Assembly: GCA_963575745.1 (NCBI GenBank)
Contig: CAUYUJ010000253.1
Coordinates: forward strand, 1 to 64,000
Length of the DNA: 64,000 bases
Source: Prorocentrum cordatum
Taxonomy: Eukaryota
Direction: 5' to 3'
Positions 40,349-53,659 of this stretch are shown here, piece by piece. The stretch's first letter is position 1, and each line of letters starts with the position of its first letter. The position numbers and the translations under genes are program-made. A model generated the notes under the pieces. That model saw only the letters and a list, made by a program, of their open reading frames with translations. It did no database searches and had not been told where the DNA came from.

Positions 40349-40582
40349 CGTCGTCCCTCCCCTCGTCGTTGTCGTCGTCGGCGTCGCCGTCCTTCCTCCT
40401 TCTTCGTCGTTCGCGTCGTCGCCGTCCTCCCTCCTCCCTCGTCGTTGTCGTCGTTGTCGTCGTTGTCGCCGTCGTCGTCCTCCCTCCTCCTTCGTCGTCG
40501 TCTTCGTTGGCGACGTCGTCGTCGTCTTCGTCGTCGTAGTCGGCGTCGGCGTTGTCGTCGTCTTCGTCGTCGTCGACGTCGG

Positions 40583-40616
<34 letters not shown>

Positions 40617-40888
40617 GGCGTCGTTGACGTCGTCGTCGTCGTCGTCGGTTGTCGTCGTCGGCGTGTCGTCGTCGCGTCGTCGCCGTCCTCCCTCCTCTCG
40701 TCTCGTCTGTCGTCGTTCGCGTCGTCGCCGTCCTCCCTCCTCCCTCGTCGTTGTCGTCGTTGTCGTCGTTGTCGTGCCGTCGTCGTCCTCCCTCCTCCTT
40801 CGTCGTCGTCTTCGTTGGCGACGTCGTCGTCGTCTTCGTCGTCGTCGTCGGCGTCGGCGTTCGTCGTCTTCGTCGTCGTCGACGTCGG

Positions 40889-40922
<34 letters not shown>

Positions 40923-41165
40923 GGCGTCGTTGACGTCGTCGTCGTCGTCGTCGTCGGTGTCGTCGTTATCGTCTGCGTCGGCGGCGTCGTCGTCGTCGTC
41001 GTTGCCATCGTTGTCGTCGGCGTCGTCGTCGTCGGTGTCGTCGTCGTCGTCGTCGTTGTCGGCGCCGTCGAAGTCGTTGGAGACGTCGCCGGTGTCGTCG
41101 TAGTCGTTGTCGGCGGCGTCGTCGTCGTCGTTGTCGCTGTCGTCGTCGGCGTCGCTGTCGTTGCC
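40095..41165. repeat. (GTC)n microsatellite with an internal ~300-bp duplication
   Basis: Direct inspection; interrupts the GCGCGC repeat. Confidence 0.92.
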
Positions 41166-44100
41166 AAGTGCAATTTGATACCCACCGTCATGGTCTTAAT
41201 ATATGTTGCAAACCAAGTCGCGGGTGGGTGAGTGGGATGTTTGCGCGAGTCGTGGGGTTGACAACTCACTGCGAACAGAAATTCATTGCACAACATAGTT
41301 TGTACCGATGTGCACACGCGCGCTCCGTCGCGCGCGCATGCCGGAATCCTCAACACAAGCCGTAGGTTTCGCAGAGATTTCATAATCGAATGTCAGAAAA
41401 AGCACGTAAGCAAACACATGGCTTCGCAACGAGTTGTTTGACAACAAATTGCGCTCGCGCTCTTGCGATTTCTTTAATACTGGAACCATTGGTGTTTTCC
41501 CCATATCTCATATCACGCTGCCGAGCGGCTTTCGCGCGCGCATGTCGAAGTCGTTCGAACGCTCTTGCGCGCGTGCTGTCGCAATAACCACATCTGCACA
41601 ACATGGGACGAACTGCGCACGCGCGCGTGGTCGCGCGCGCACGCCGAAATCCTTCAATAGCCGTAGCTGCCGCCAGGATATCAAAGAAGAGTGTCCAACC
41701 AACATATATACATCACATGGTCTCGCAACCACGATTGTCAAGAAATGCTTGCGGTCGCGCTCTTGCGAATTCTTAAGAAGGTTATAGGTTTTCAATATTT
41801 GCACAGCATGCTACCAAACGGGCCTCGTGCGCGCGCATGTCGACATCGTTCGAACGCACTTGCGCGCGTGCTGTCGCAAGAATCGTCCGAAACAAAAAAA
41901 AGACGAACCGCGCGTTCGCGTCGTTGCGCGCCCATGCCGAAACACTTCAGACATCTCAGTTTCCGTAACGGTCTCAAACACCGAGCGCCCCGAAACAAAA
42001 CAAACATTTGGTTTCGCAACAACGGTTTCCAAGAAAGCCTGCGTTCGCGCCCTTGCGAGTCCTTAAGAATGCCACCAGTTGCTCAAGATGTTCAGGGAAT
42101 TCTGCCAAACGGGCCTCTCGCGCCGCATGGCAAAATCCCTCGAACGCCCTTGCGCGCGTGCTGGGGGGTGGCATGATCCGCGTCAAGTAATATCATGCGG
42201 GTCATCCTCGCGGGCCAGCCGCGCGCGCATGTCGAACTCCGTCCGCAATCTTCATCACCGACACGAGGACGCCGTCATCGTCGCCCTCGCGATCAGCATC
42301 GGCGCCGTCACTGGCCGCGCCGTCGTCGTTTTCAACATCATCGCCACCATCGCCGCGATCGTCATCGCGTTTGCCGTTGCCCACGTTGCCATGATACCGC
42401 GCCCGCCCAAGTCGCCGACTCGCGCTGAAGTGCCCGCTGCGATGTGCCCAGCGGTCAGCGCTACCGCGGCCGCGTCGGCGGCGCCGAACGAAGGGCGCCG
42501 CGGGCGCGCGCGCGCGGGCTGGCGCTGCCGCGGAGATGCACCAACCAACGCCATGCATTCATCGCAATCGCCTCCGCATGGCTGTTGGCAAGCCGCGTCG
42601 CGGGTAGGTGGGCGGGGCGATTGCGCGAGCAGTGGAGTCGACAGTTTCAAGTTGCACATTAGCGAATTCCTTTTTTTCTTAAACTAAACAGAATGAGGAC
42701 CCCCCCCGGGATTGAAGGGCCACCCTTTCGTATTGCGATGAATTTGTGAGTCGGCCTCATCGCCCATCCTAAACTAGAGTTCGCATCGCCCCAGCTAAAC
42801 CGGCATCGACCCCCCCCCCGCCACCCCTGTCGAATATTTCGACGCGCGCGCGCTCTGATTACACGTCATCAGATTTTCTGTGATCTTTTGCAGAAGATGA
42901 GACGAGGCGCGCGCGCGTCGTCGCGCGCGCGCGACGAAACCTTTCAAACGCCTAGGGTTTCGTGAGGCCTTGAGAAGAGCGTCACGGGAACGCTTTGAAG
43001 CTCGCGGTTTCGCGACGAGGACCTCCCCCAAAAGAGAAGAAAGCTCGCGCGCGCGCTCTTGCGAATGTTTAAGAATGCCATGGTTTTACAAGATTGCCAT
43101 GGCGTGCGACCAGCCGGGTTTCGCGCGCGCACGTCGGAATCGCTGCAGAAACGCTGCGCGCGTGCCGTCGCGAGAGACCTATGCATAACATGAGACGAAG
43201 CGCACGCGCGCGCGTCGTCGCGCGCACGCGCGCCGAAATCCATCGACAACGCAGGTTGCGCAGACCCGAGGGCCCCGAAGCCAAGTATAAACATCTGGCT
43301 TCGCATCGGCAGTGTCCAGGATAGCCTGCGCTCGCGCTCTTGCGAATCCTCCGATATCTTCCAGGAACCGTCGGTTTCCCTGCGTGTTCATGGGATTCAG
43401 CAGACGGGCCTCTCGCGCCACATGCCGAAATCATTCGAGCGGCCACGGACGCTGGCGGGGGGGGGGGGGGGGGGCGCGGCTGCGCCGCGCCCGCCCAAGG
43501 CGCCAACTCGCGCCGAGGTGCCCGCTGGGACGCGCCGAGCGGCCAGCGCCGCTGCGGCCGCGTCGGCGGCGCTGGACAAGCTGGCCGCCGCGCGCGCGGA
43601 GAAGCGCGGCCGCAGAGATGCACCAGCCAAAGCAGAGCACTCATCGCAATCGCCACCACATGGATGCGCAGACCAAGTCGCGGGTGGGCGGGTGGGATGA
43701 TGGCGCGAGCAGTGGAGTTGGCAACTTCAGGTTGAGCGTTGGTGAATTGGGTCGCATAGACTGCGCGGCGTCGATCCTCCCGTCTAAGCAAATTGATAGA
43801 CCCCCCCCCGGACTTAACCCATCGTGTTTTGTCATTGCAATGCTCGTGCAGTTCTGCCCCATCGCCCATGCTAAATATGAGATCGCACCGCCCCGGCCCG
43901 CCCGGCATCGACCCCCCCCCGCCATCCCCTGCGAATATTATGCGCGTGCATTCGTTTATCGCGCATCATAAATGCTCACAAACCTTTTCGCAACGCATGG
44001 GGCGCAGTGCACGCGCGCGCGTCGTCGCGCGCGCATGCCGAAACCTAGAGCAATATCAGGCTCCGCGGTGGGTTTCAAATCGAGCGCCACGAAACATATC

Positions 44101-45544
44101 GAGGCACGAATTGCTTGCAGTCGTAATTTTCAAGAACGAATTTTCGCCCGCGTCTTTGCGAATTCGGACCAAACAACGGGTTGTTCCACATTTTGATCAT
44201 GATTCCAAATTTGCTTTTCGCGCGCGCGTCGGAAACGTTCGAGCGCCTTTGCGCGCGCGCTCTCGCGAGAATCGCTTGGGAGAGATGGGGCGGAGCGCGC
44301 GCGCGTGAAATACATATGGTTCTGAGACCAGAATGGCCAGCGCTGTTTGCGCCCGCGCCCTCGCAAATTCTGGCGAACACCACGAGTTATTCAACAGTCG
44401 CATGACATGCCTCCAAGTTGGCCTCTCGCGCGCGCGCGTCGAAATCGTTCGCGCGCCCTCGCGCGCGCGCTGGCGCGAAAATCCCCCGCGGAAGCGGGGC
44501 GAAGCGCACGCGCGCGCGCCGTCGCGCGCGTGCCAAAATCATTGGGGAACCTTCGGCGTCGCGTGGGCCCCAGAACCAAGCGCCCCGAAAACTTATATCA
44601 ACGCGTGGTTTTGCAACGTCCGTTCGAAGAAGATCCGGCGCTCTTGTGCTCGCGCGGATTCTTTGGGAAACCATGAGTTTTCCAACGTTGCCATCGAATT
44701 CTGCCAAGAGGGCCTCTCCCGCTGCACGTCGAATTCATTCGAACGCCCTTGCGCGCGCTGGGGGGGGGGGGGGGCGCGATCCGCGTCGAATGGTGCCGCG
44801 CGGGCCGCCCTCGCGCGTCGGCCGCGAGCTCGCGTCGAACTCCATCGGGGACCTTCATCGCCGACGCGAGGACGTCGCTTCGCATATCGGCGGGCGCGAT
44901 CACCGCCGGCGCCGTCATTGGCCTCGCCGTCGTCATCGCCACCATCGCCGCCACTGCGCTACTTTCATAATCGCGTCTACAGTTGTCGGCGTCGCCGCGG
45001 TGCCGCGCCCGCCCAAGCTACCCGCTCGCGCTGAAGTAGCCGCTGGGAAGCGCCCAGATGTCAGCGCCACCGCGGCTGCGTTGGAGGCGCCAAACCAGCC
45101 GGCCGCTGCGCGAGCGCCAGCGCAAGTGCGGCCGCAGAGATGCGCCAGCCAACGCCAAGCGCGCATCGCAGTCGCCGCCGCATGGGCTTTGCAAACCAAG
45201 TTGCGGGCGGGTGGGCGGGGGCGTTGCGCGAGCTGCGAGGTTGGCCACTCACTGCGAACATGAATGAATTCTCCTTTCTCCAAAGCAGGCAGACCCCCCC
45301 TCTCGAGATTATCACTTCCCCTTTTCGAATTGAAATGTGCGGATGCTTCTGCCCACTCGCCCATCCTTAGCATGAGTTCGCACGATCCCGGCCCAACCGG
45401 TATCGCCCCCCCCCGCCATCCTTTGCAAAATATATGTTGCGCGCGCACTTGTCTATCAATTATCCCAGTGCGACCCGACCTAAGAGTTGGAGCATTTAGG
45501 AAAGCAACATCTTCATCTACACCGACAGCTACATTTACATCTAC

Positions 45545-45805
45545 ACCTGCATGCTATGCTATGCTGTGCCATGCTGCGCTATGCTATGCTATGGCATGCT
45601 ATGATATGATATCATATGCTTTGCTGCGCTATGCTATCCTATGCTATGATATGTTGTGCTTTGCTGTGCTGTGCTATGCTAATGCTGCGCTAAGCTGAGC
45701 TAAGCTAGGCTAAGCTAGGCTAGAGCTAAGCTTGGTTAGGCTAGTCTAAGCTAAGCTAAGTTAAGCTAGGCTATGCTAAGATGAGATAAGCAACGCTAAC
45801 CTAAG
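45545..45805. repeat. (GCTAT)n/(GCTAA)n pentanucleotide repeat
   Basis: Direct inspection. Confidence 0.85.
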
Positions 45806-47848
45806 GGGACGTAGTTGGGGGAACCGCGGGGCGGATCCTGGGGGAACCGCCCGGGGCGGTTTCCACTGCCCGGCCCCTTTAAGATAGAGAGTAAGAACCC
45901 TTCTAGGCAGAGCCTCGGTAGGGAAAAATCAGGAGTTGACAGAAATCATTCGCGAAGAATGAGACGAAGTGCGCGCGCGCGTCGTCGCGCGCGCATGCCG
46001 ACATCCGTCAGTAACCGCTGGTTTCGTGGGGATTCCCAAACCGAGTGTCCAAACAGCTTTTCAAACACAGGCTTTCGCAATGCGGTAATTCAAGAAAGAG
46101 CTTGTGCGCGCTCTCTTGCGAATTCTTCTGGCAGCCGCAGGCTTGTCAACATTTCCAGAAAATGTTGCCAGGCGGGCTTCGCGCGCGCATGTCGAGATCG
46201 CTCAAACGCCTTTGCGCGCGTGCCGTCGCGAGATTCCTTTGGAAAAAAACAAGGGCCGAAGTGCGCGCGCGTCGTTGCGCGCGCGTGCCGAAATCAGTCC
46301 AAAACCATCGGTTTCGCAACGATTTCAAAACCGAATGTCCGAATAACATGTAAAGACACATGGTTTTGCAACATCAGTTTACCAAACAACAGTACGCTCG
46401 CGCTCATTCTAATTCTTGAGAAAAAAAACCATGGGTTTCCCGCGCGTGCGTGTAATTCTGCCTAAAGGGGCCTCTCGCGCCGCCTGCCGGAATCATTCGC
46501 TCGCCCCTGCGCGCGTGCTGGGGGGGGGGGCGCGATCCGCGTCGAATCGTGTCATTTGGGCCACGCTCGCGCGTCGGCCGCGCGCGCGTGTCGAACTCTT
46601 CCCATAACCTTCGTCGCCGACGCGCGGGCGCCGTCCTCGTCGTCGGCGCGATTGGCATCGGCGCCCGCGCTGGCCGCGCCGTCGTCGTTGTCAACGGCGT
46701 CACTTGCATCGCCGCCATCGCCGTCGCGCCAACCGCTGTCGACGTTGCCATGATATCGCGCCCGCCCAAGTCGCCGACTCGCATTGGAGCGCCCGTTGGG
46801 ACATGCCTAGTGGCCAGCGCCAACGCGGCCGGGTCGGTCGCGCCAAACTAGCTGCCGCCGCGCGCCCCCGGCTCGGCGCGGCCGCAGAGATGCGCCAGCC
46901 AACGCCGGGCACTCACCGCAATCGCCACCACGTGAGTTTTGCAAACCTAGTTGCTGGTGGGTCGGTGCGGCGCTTGCAAGGGCATGGGGCGCGCCATCTC
47001 GCCCGTGCAAATCAACTACACAAAACAAGTTTCACCACGTGAACTATTCACATATATTGCTCCACGAAGACTGCGCAACACAGATTGCACAACATTTAAT
47101 GGGCCACAGAGATTGCACCACGTCGATTGCACCTCATACTGCGGCCATGCATATTTCACTTCGTGGACTGGCGCGACATAGATTGCAACGCGGCGATGGC
47201 GCCTCGTGGATTCCGCGCCATATAGATGGCACCAAATAGTTTGCACTATATATATATATATACACACACACACAAGACTTGAAGCTCGCTGCGCTTCGCT
47301 TGGCGGTCTTGGCACGATGCGCTGGCGCGCAGTGTGCGAGTGAAGTAAAACTAGGCGGGCTGAAGCGTCGGCGATGGGCAGGGGCGGGGATGGGAAGGAC
47401 ACGGGCGCATGGGCGTCGGCCCATGGAGTGCGCGCGCGCCGTGCGCGCGCGCGCCGAGTTGGCAAGGGGCGATGCGCGCGACGGTCATCGGCGATAAGAT
47501 TAGGCGGGGATGCAACGCCGACGGCAGGGGAAGGGGGGGGGGTGCTTCGGATGAGGTGAATACAACGAAAAGGGTGCCGGCAACGATGGTGGCCTCATAC
47601 CTCTGCAGATTTGGGTTGGGAAGGTCACGGGCGGCGACGCCGCGCAGTTTGGTGATGATGTTTTTTCTCACTCAGTGTAGGGGCGATCCTGACGCGGTGC
47701 TCTGCAAAATCGGAGCCACTACGAACGGCCCCGAGCCTGCTTGAAGAAATCGGCGTGTAGCTCAGCGCCCCGGACTTCCCGAGAGGAAGCGTTCGCGCGC
47801 CTGGTGTGCAAATCTGCGCGGCTCGGTGGGCGGACCCTGCAGGGCACT

Positions 47849-48682
47849 TTACTTCTTGGACATCTTCGCTGGCTTCTTGGTCACCGGGGCTGTCGGCGTC
47901 GCCGCTGCAGGGCGCTTGCGGGGCCCGCTGGGCTCTGCCGTGGGTTAAGGGGGCGCTGGCGGCACGGTGTCCTGCGCGGGCGCTTTCGGCGCGCACGAGG
48001 CCCACGTGATGAACTGAGGGTACTTTTTGTGGAGGTTGCGCAGCGGGGTGAGCAACTTTTCCGGGACGTTACTCGCAACCAAGAAACAGAAGTTGTGAAG
48101 CTCCTTGACTGTCTTGTCGGTGCCGTCCATCATCTTGAACTGCCTGGCGCGGCTGAGGCGGTTGTTGGTTTTGGCTGAAGTGATCTTGAAGCTCGAGTGT
48201 TTCTCATTCGCAGGGGCCTCGAAGTCGGCCTCGAAGTAGCTGTGCGTGAGAGTGTCCGCGGTGAACTGGATGACGTGCTTGTGGGCGGCGGCGGCGGTGC
48301 GCGGGTTCAGTCCGAAAGCCACGCGCACGTGCGCCCAGCTCGGATTGGGGTTCCCCTGGCTGAACGCTCGTGCGAAACCGCACTGGGCGGTCTGAACTCC
48401 AAGAGGTGCTGGTCAGAGATCGTGGACGGCAGCGGCGTCTTTCCACAACGTGGTGAGTCCATGTGTCTTGCGCTCGGCCCGGAAACGGAGGCTCGCGCCG
48501 TCTGCGATGGTGACGCGGACGCCGTTGGATATGTGTTTGTTGATGTCCAAGAGCTCCACGTGGACGTGCTCAGTGCAGGGTGACGCATACTCGCGGTTAC
48601 CTGGCGCTTGCGCGCCTGCAGCGGGCGATGCTGCTGGGGTCGGGGTGTAGTCGTACGTCGCGTTGGACGTCTTGGGAGCCAT
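47849..48682 (-). pseudogene. Intronless retro-pseudogene of an unknown ~277-aa protein (MAPKTSNATYDYTPTP...KRPAAATPTAPVTKKPAKMSKK*)
   Basis: Single 834-nt frame interrupted only by TGA (48413-48415) and TAA (47945-47947); SL-like atcagcatctggctcaag at 48759-48776 upstream; basic C-terminus. Confidence 0.7.
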
Positions 48683-51041
48683 CGTGCGAGGAGGTGCGGC
48701 CGATGGCTGTTCAACGGATGGGGCGGCGACGTCGGGCGCGCTCAGGACGCAGCGGACGCTTGAGCCAGATGCTGATCGATCAATGCAGAATGCACATGCG
48801 GTGTAGCACGAGCCGGGAAGGGCGCCCAGGACATGGGGATATGTGAAACTGGCCAGGGCATCTCTCGTTCGCCATCTGAGGCGAGAGTGGCTGGACATTG
48901 AAGTTCGGATCTCTCTCAGGCCCAAATTGCGATTACATCTGAAGCGACGCTGGACGACCTCCTCGCGCGCGGCGCGCTTGAGCTCAAACAGGGGCGGACT
49001 AATTAGGCGAGACTGGTTGGAATTACTTTAGGTGGGGGCATTTCTTATCTCGGAAGTCGCTTGGGTGTCTCAGGCGAATCTGGCTTGGAAGTTGCCGGGG
49101 TGTCTCGGCAGTTGCTGGGGTGTCTCGGAGTTGCTTGGGCGTCTGCGCGCGCCATCTGAGCCACAGTTGGAAGGGATAATCAAGTGAGACTGGCCAGGCC
49201 ACCTCAAGTTAGCGGCATTTTGAGCCCAGAGTTGGCGGGATGTTACAGGCGGAACTGGCCGGGGCATCTTTCGCGCGGCATCTCTGGGCGCAGAGTTGCG
49301 AGGACGTCTCAAGCGAGAATGGCTGGACCACTTCAGGTCCGGGCATTTTTCAGGTCAAAGTTCCGGTCATGTCTGAAGCGATGTTGGCCGCAATTTCTTG
49401 CGCGCTGCACGCGGGCCCCACATAGGGGGGGGGGGGCGTTTGAGGGGAGACCGGCAAGGCCACTTCATGTGGGAACATATCTGAGCCCAGCATTGGTGGG
49501 ATGTCTCAAGCGAAGCTGGACGGACCACTTCGCTCGCGGCATATGCGAGCCCAAATGCGAAGATGCTTCAAGCGATTCAGGCTGCACAACATCGGGTGCC
49601 GGCATCAATGAGGCCTCTTCGGGATTGGGGGCCTTTTAGGCCGTCGTCAAGTGGTCATAGTCATAGGCGTATTGGGCAGATTATTCGGCGATTTCGGGCC
49701 CTTTGGACCGTCTTGGGAAGCCCAACTGGCGGGCCAGAGAACACCCAAGGGACCCCTGGGGCCTCCGGGGACTGGCCAGAGAGAGCCCCACGGGCCCCTT
49801 GGGCCAAATTCTATTGGGGGGGGGGGTGCCGCCCATCCCCGGGGATCTCCTGATGTGAGATAATAAAGATAGGAATCTATGTATGTATGTATATATATAT
49901 ATAAGTATAGCTTGTACAACATCGACTGCACATCATTTAGGGGGCCACATCTATTCCCTTTCCCAAAATGGGAATTCGGATCCCCCCGCCCGGTTTCACC
50001 CGCCAACCGTGGTGTGTAATTTATTGTGCCCCATCGTTTCCTCTAGATATGAATATACATGGCGTCGCGACGCGCACGTGCCGGTATTTGAGTTTTCACA
50101 GATATGTCAAAATCCAATATCCCGAAAGCGTTAAAACACCCATGGCCTTGCACTGCGATGTCTGGTGGAAAATGAAGTCTGCGCGCGCGCTCTTGCGAAG
50201 TCTCAAGAAAACCACCGGTTATCCAACATTTCATCAACTTCGACCAAGTGTGCTTCTCGCGCGCGCATGCCAGCATCATGCGAGCGCCCTTGGGCGCGCG
50301 TTCGGAGGGCACGATCCCAGTCAAATAGTGCAACGCGGACCAATGGCGCCCTCTGGCCGCGCTCGCTTATTCCAATCCGTTCACAAATTTCACGGCGCAC
50401 ACTTGGACGCCTGCGTCAGCGTGGCTTGCGAGACGTGCTGGGAAATCCCAAGCGGTCAGCGCCACCTCGGCTGCGTCGGTCGCGCCGGACTAACTGGCCA
50501 GTCTGTGCACGAGCTTGCAAGCTTTAGCGCGGCCGCGGCGATGTTCCAGCCATCGCCACACAGTCATCGCAATCGCCGCCTCATGGGTTTCGCAAACCAA
50601 ATTGCGGGTGGCGGGGGGGAAGATTCCGCGAGCATTGGAGTTGACAATTCACTTTTGCGCATCTGTTATTCGTTAGCTGCACCATACACATGGTTCCACA
50701 AACTTTTCGTTTCACCAGATACACTGCGCAACAAATATATACATAGATGCGTGTGAATATATATATATATATACACACACGTATACATACGTATGTGCAT
50801 GTATAGGCTCAGGCGTATGTATAATTATGTGCGTATGTATTGGTATATGTATATGTATATGTGTATGCATGTGTAAGTGTGTATGGTTATGCTCATGACG
50901 ATGTATATGGATATGTATATGTATATGTATCTGTATTTGTAAGTGTATATGTGCATGGACATGTATTTGTATGTGAATGTGTATGTGTGTATGTAAATGT
51001 ATATGTTTATATACAATCATGCTTCCATATATGCATCTATA

Positions 51042-51083
<42 letters not shown>

Positions 51084-51094
51084 CGCGTGTAACA

Positions 51095-52378
51095 TACATC
51101 ATCGAACGACCGTCGGCCAATCCCGCCACCGTGCTAGGGTTGTGGATATGCAGTTCCTTGGATTTTCGTTGGGATTTCGAGGGGGGGGCATTTTCGGGAG
51201 CCTCTGGGAGGCATCTTTGAGGTTTAGGGAAGGTGTTTGGGCCTCTGTTGGGCGTATTGGGGCCTGGTCAGGACCTCTTGGGGGCTTCATTGGGGCCCCT
51301 TGCAACGTTTGGGCGGTTTCTTGGGGCCTCTTGGGGAGTTTTTGGAACGAAAGGCTAGGATGTTCGGTTCGCGTTCCCTCATTATGGACCCTCTTGAAGC
51401 CGTGTTCTGGCCGTTTTGGGCGCCTCTCGTGCCGCGTTGGGGCCGTCTTGGGCGCGTCTTGGGTCGTCTGTGTGCCTCAAGAAGTACCGTCCAAGTACAT
51501 ATTGATGCAAGTCCTCAGTCCGCTTCTGTTGATACTTGTTTTGAAGTGCTTGAGGCATGTCCTCTGTATCGCTCAACTTGTACGAGACAAGTGCCACTTG
51601 AGGCATGTACTCTTTATGCGTATAGTGGCACCAGGGAACTACCACTTGAGCCGTGCCGTCTGGTTTTGGGGCAGCATCCTCAGGGATGCTTCCTGGGGTC
51701 TCTTCGGAACGCTCTCGAGGGCCTCTAGGGGATCATTGTGGGGTCTCTTCACAGCCTCTTGGGGACCTCTGGGGGGGCTCTTGGACGCCTCGTGGGGTTT
51801 CCTCGGAGTCTCTGGGGGCCTCTTGGAGCCGCCTTGTGGGCCTCTTGGGTTGTCTTGGAGGCCTCCTGAGCTGTCTTGGGGCCCTTGCGTCGTTTGGGGG
51901 TCCTCATGGACGCGTCCTGGGGCGCTGTTGGGGGCTTTTTGGGCCGTCCTGGGGCGTCGGGAAGCCGAGAAGCGAGAACGCCAAACTCTTTCAAACACCC
52001 AAGAACCATCAATGATTTGTGCCTCTTGGAGCCCTCTTTGGAGGCCCCGTGGGGCGTCTTGGAGGCCTCTTCGGCCGTCTGAGGGTCATCTTGCGCGTCT
52101 TGGAGCGATGTGTAGGCTTCTATGGGCCCTCTTGGACCGTCTTGGGGGCCTCTTGGGACCCTCTTGGCCTGTCCTGGGGCTTTCCTGGGCCTCGAAAAGT
52201 CGTGCGGGAAGACGCGGGAAGCCCCCGACGACCCGGGAAGTCCCCGACACGTCCTGGGAAGCCCCGCCAGAGTCGGCAATTTGGGGTTTGGGCCCCCGCG
52301 AGATTCCTCAGGAGTGAGGGTTGAGGCTAGGACCTGAGGGCACGCCCAGTCCGTGCCCAGAGGCACGCTGGCGGATAT
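51095..52378 (+). mobile_element. Non-autonomous element built of ggggcctcttg-type degenerate repeats, with subterminal inverted repeats and a 3' hairpin; relatives at ~5700-6260, ~20940-21780 and ~63100-63750
   Basis: atcccgccaccgtgc (51120-51134) vs gcacgctggcggat (52363-52376); hairpin gtgcccagaggcac; flanked by TA-rich microsatellites. Confidence 0.55.
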
Positions 52379-52768
52379 TGCTCCACCTAAATTCTACAAT
52401 ATGTGTACACACACACACATATATATATATATATGTATATATGTACACACGCACCTACTGATATATCGATACTGCTCGAAAAACACTGTTTGAGGTCCAT
52501 GCTGGCCACAACATGCTTGTGCTGCCTGCTCTCAGCAGGGGCGCGGTACCTCTTGGGAGTGCCCGTCGCCCCCGCGCCCAGCCCCTCGGAGGTCCTCGCG
52601 GACTCGTGGGGCCCGCGCTGGGCCACCCCCGGCGCGCTCCGCGCGCCGAGCCGGCGCAGGCCCGTGGTTGTGCCGTGTCGGTGGGGCCCCTCGGCCCGGG
52701 AGAGGGCGCAGCATCTCTCGGGGGAGTGCCCCGGAGCGCGTCCCGGCCAGAGTCTCTTGGGCGCTGCG

Positions 52769-52921
52769 TAATGGGGGGATCATAAATGGGGGGGTGGCGA
52801 GGGTGGTCCGAAAAGGTACCCAAACGGTACCCAAACGAGCCCCCTGGGGGCTCTGGAGGGGCCCGAATGGGGGCACGAAAGGGGACCTTTTCTGACCCCC
52901 CCATTTGTGACCCCCCCATTA
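52769..52921. mobile_element. TA-flanked MITE
   Basis: TIR taatggggggatcataaatgggggg / cccccccatttgtgacccccccatta. Confidence 0.7.
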
Positions 52922-53023
52922 AGCCACGCCCAAGTCTCGAGGCGCAGCCAGCCGTGGCGACGACGCGTCCACCCCGTGGCCATCCGCTCTCGGAGGGCCG
53001 TCCGGCCTCTGGCATTCCACCTT

Positions 53024-53235
53024 TCTGGGCGCACGGAATGGTTACCGAAAGAATGGGTACAATGCCCAACAGCAGTTCCTGTTCATCTTGAACAGGATTC
53101 GCTGTCCACGCCGCCGCGGCCTGTGTCCATTCGAGACAGAAGGCTGCCTGCCCAACAGCGGCCGCTGTTGGTTTGGGACAACATTTGTTGTTGGGCATTG
53201 TGCCCATTCTTTCCGTGCCCATTTCGGGCGTCCAA
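53024..53235. mobile_element. MITE family 5 (aatgcccaacagc...gttgggcattg); copies at ~1335-1475, ~1803-2000 and ~8130-8215
   Basis: Shared core gcctgcccaacagcggccgctgttggtttgggaca and inverted ends. Confidence 0.7.
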
Positions 53236-53659
53236 AATTCTGGTGCTGTCCATGGGCCTCCGGGCCGTCGGCTGCAGGAGTCTCCTCGGGCAGTGCGACG
53301 ATCAGTCGCGGAGTCGTCGCGGATGTCCTTGCACCCGCTGGTTGCCTCGACGACACGACGGGGGGGGCGGGGCCAATTGGACGTTGAGCTGCTCTTGCTC
53401 TGGCCTTGGTCCAACTCTGGGGCTGCCCCTGGGCTTCCGGGCTGTCGGTTGCAGAAGTCGCTTCGGGCAGTGCGACGATCAGTCGCGGAGTTGCCTCGGA
53501 TGCCCTTGCACCCGTTGGTCGTCTCGGTGGCATGACGGGGGGGCAATGCGACGGTGAGCTGCTTTTGTTGCAATTTGGCGAATGTCGCTGCTTACGCGCA
53601 GGTGCATCACCATTTCAAATATGAGGACAGCGCAGCCCATCCCCACCCCCCAGCCAGGA

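Larger units (their letters stand above)
39586..47000 (+). repeat. Higher-order GCGCGC-rich satellite-like repeat (~290-bp A units plus ~500-bp B and ~200-bp C modules); resumes at ~49960-50700
   Basis: acgaagtgcgcacgcgcgcgtcgtcgcgcgcgcatgccgaaa recurs about ten times; B module at ~42160, 43450, 44760, 46520 and 50300. Confidence 0.8.

Noticed and set aside
48413..48415. In-frame TGA as selenocysteine or recoded stop
   Set aside because: A second in-frame TAA occurs at 47945-47947 and there is no redox-motif context; pseudogenisation is simpler.
48975..48995. Second tandem SL relic upstream of the retro-pseudogene (ctgtttgagctcaag on -)
   Set aside because: The match is limited to about gctcaag, which is too weak.
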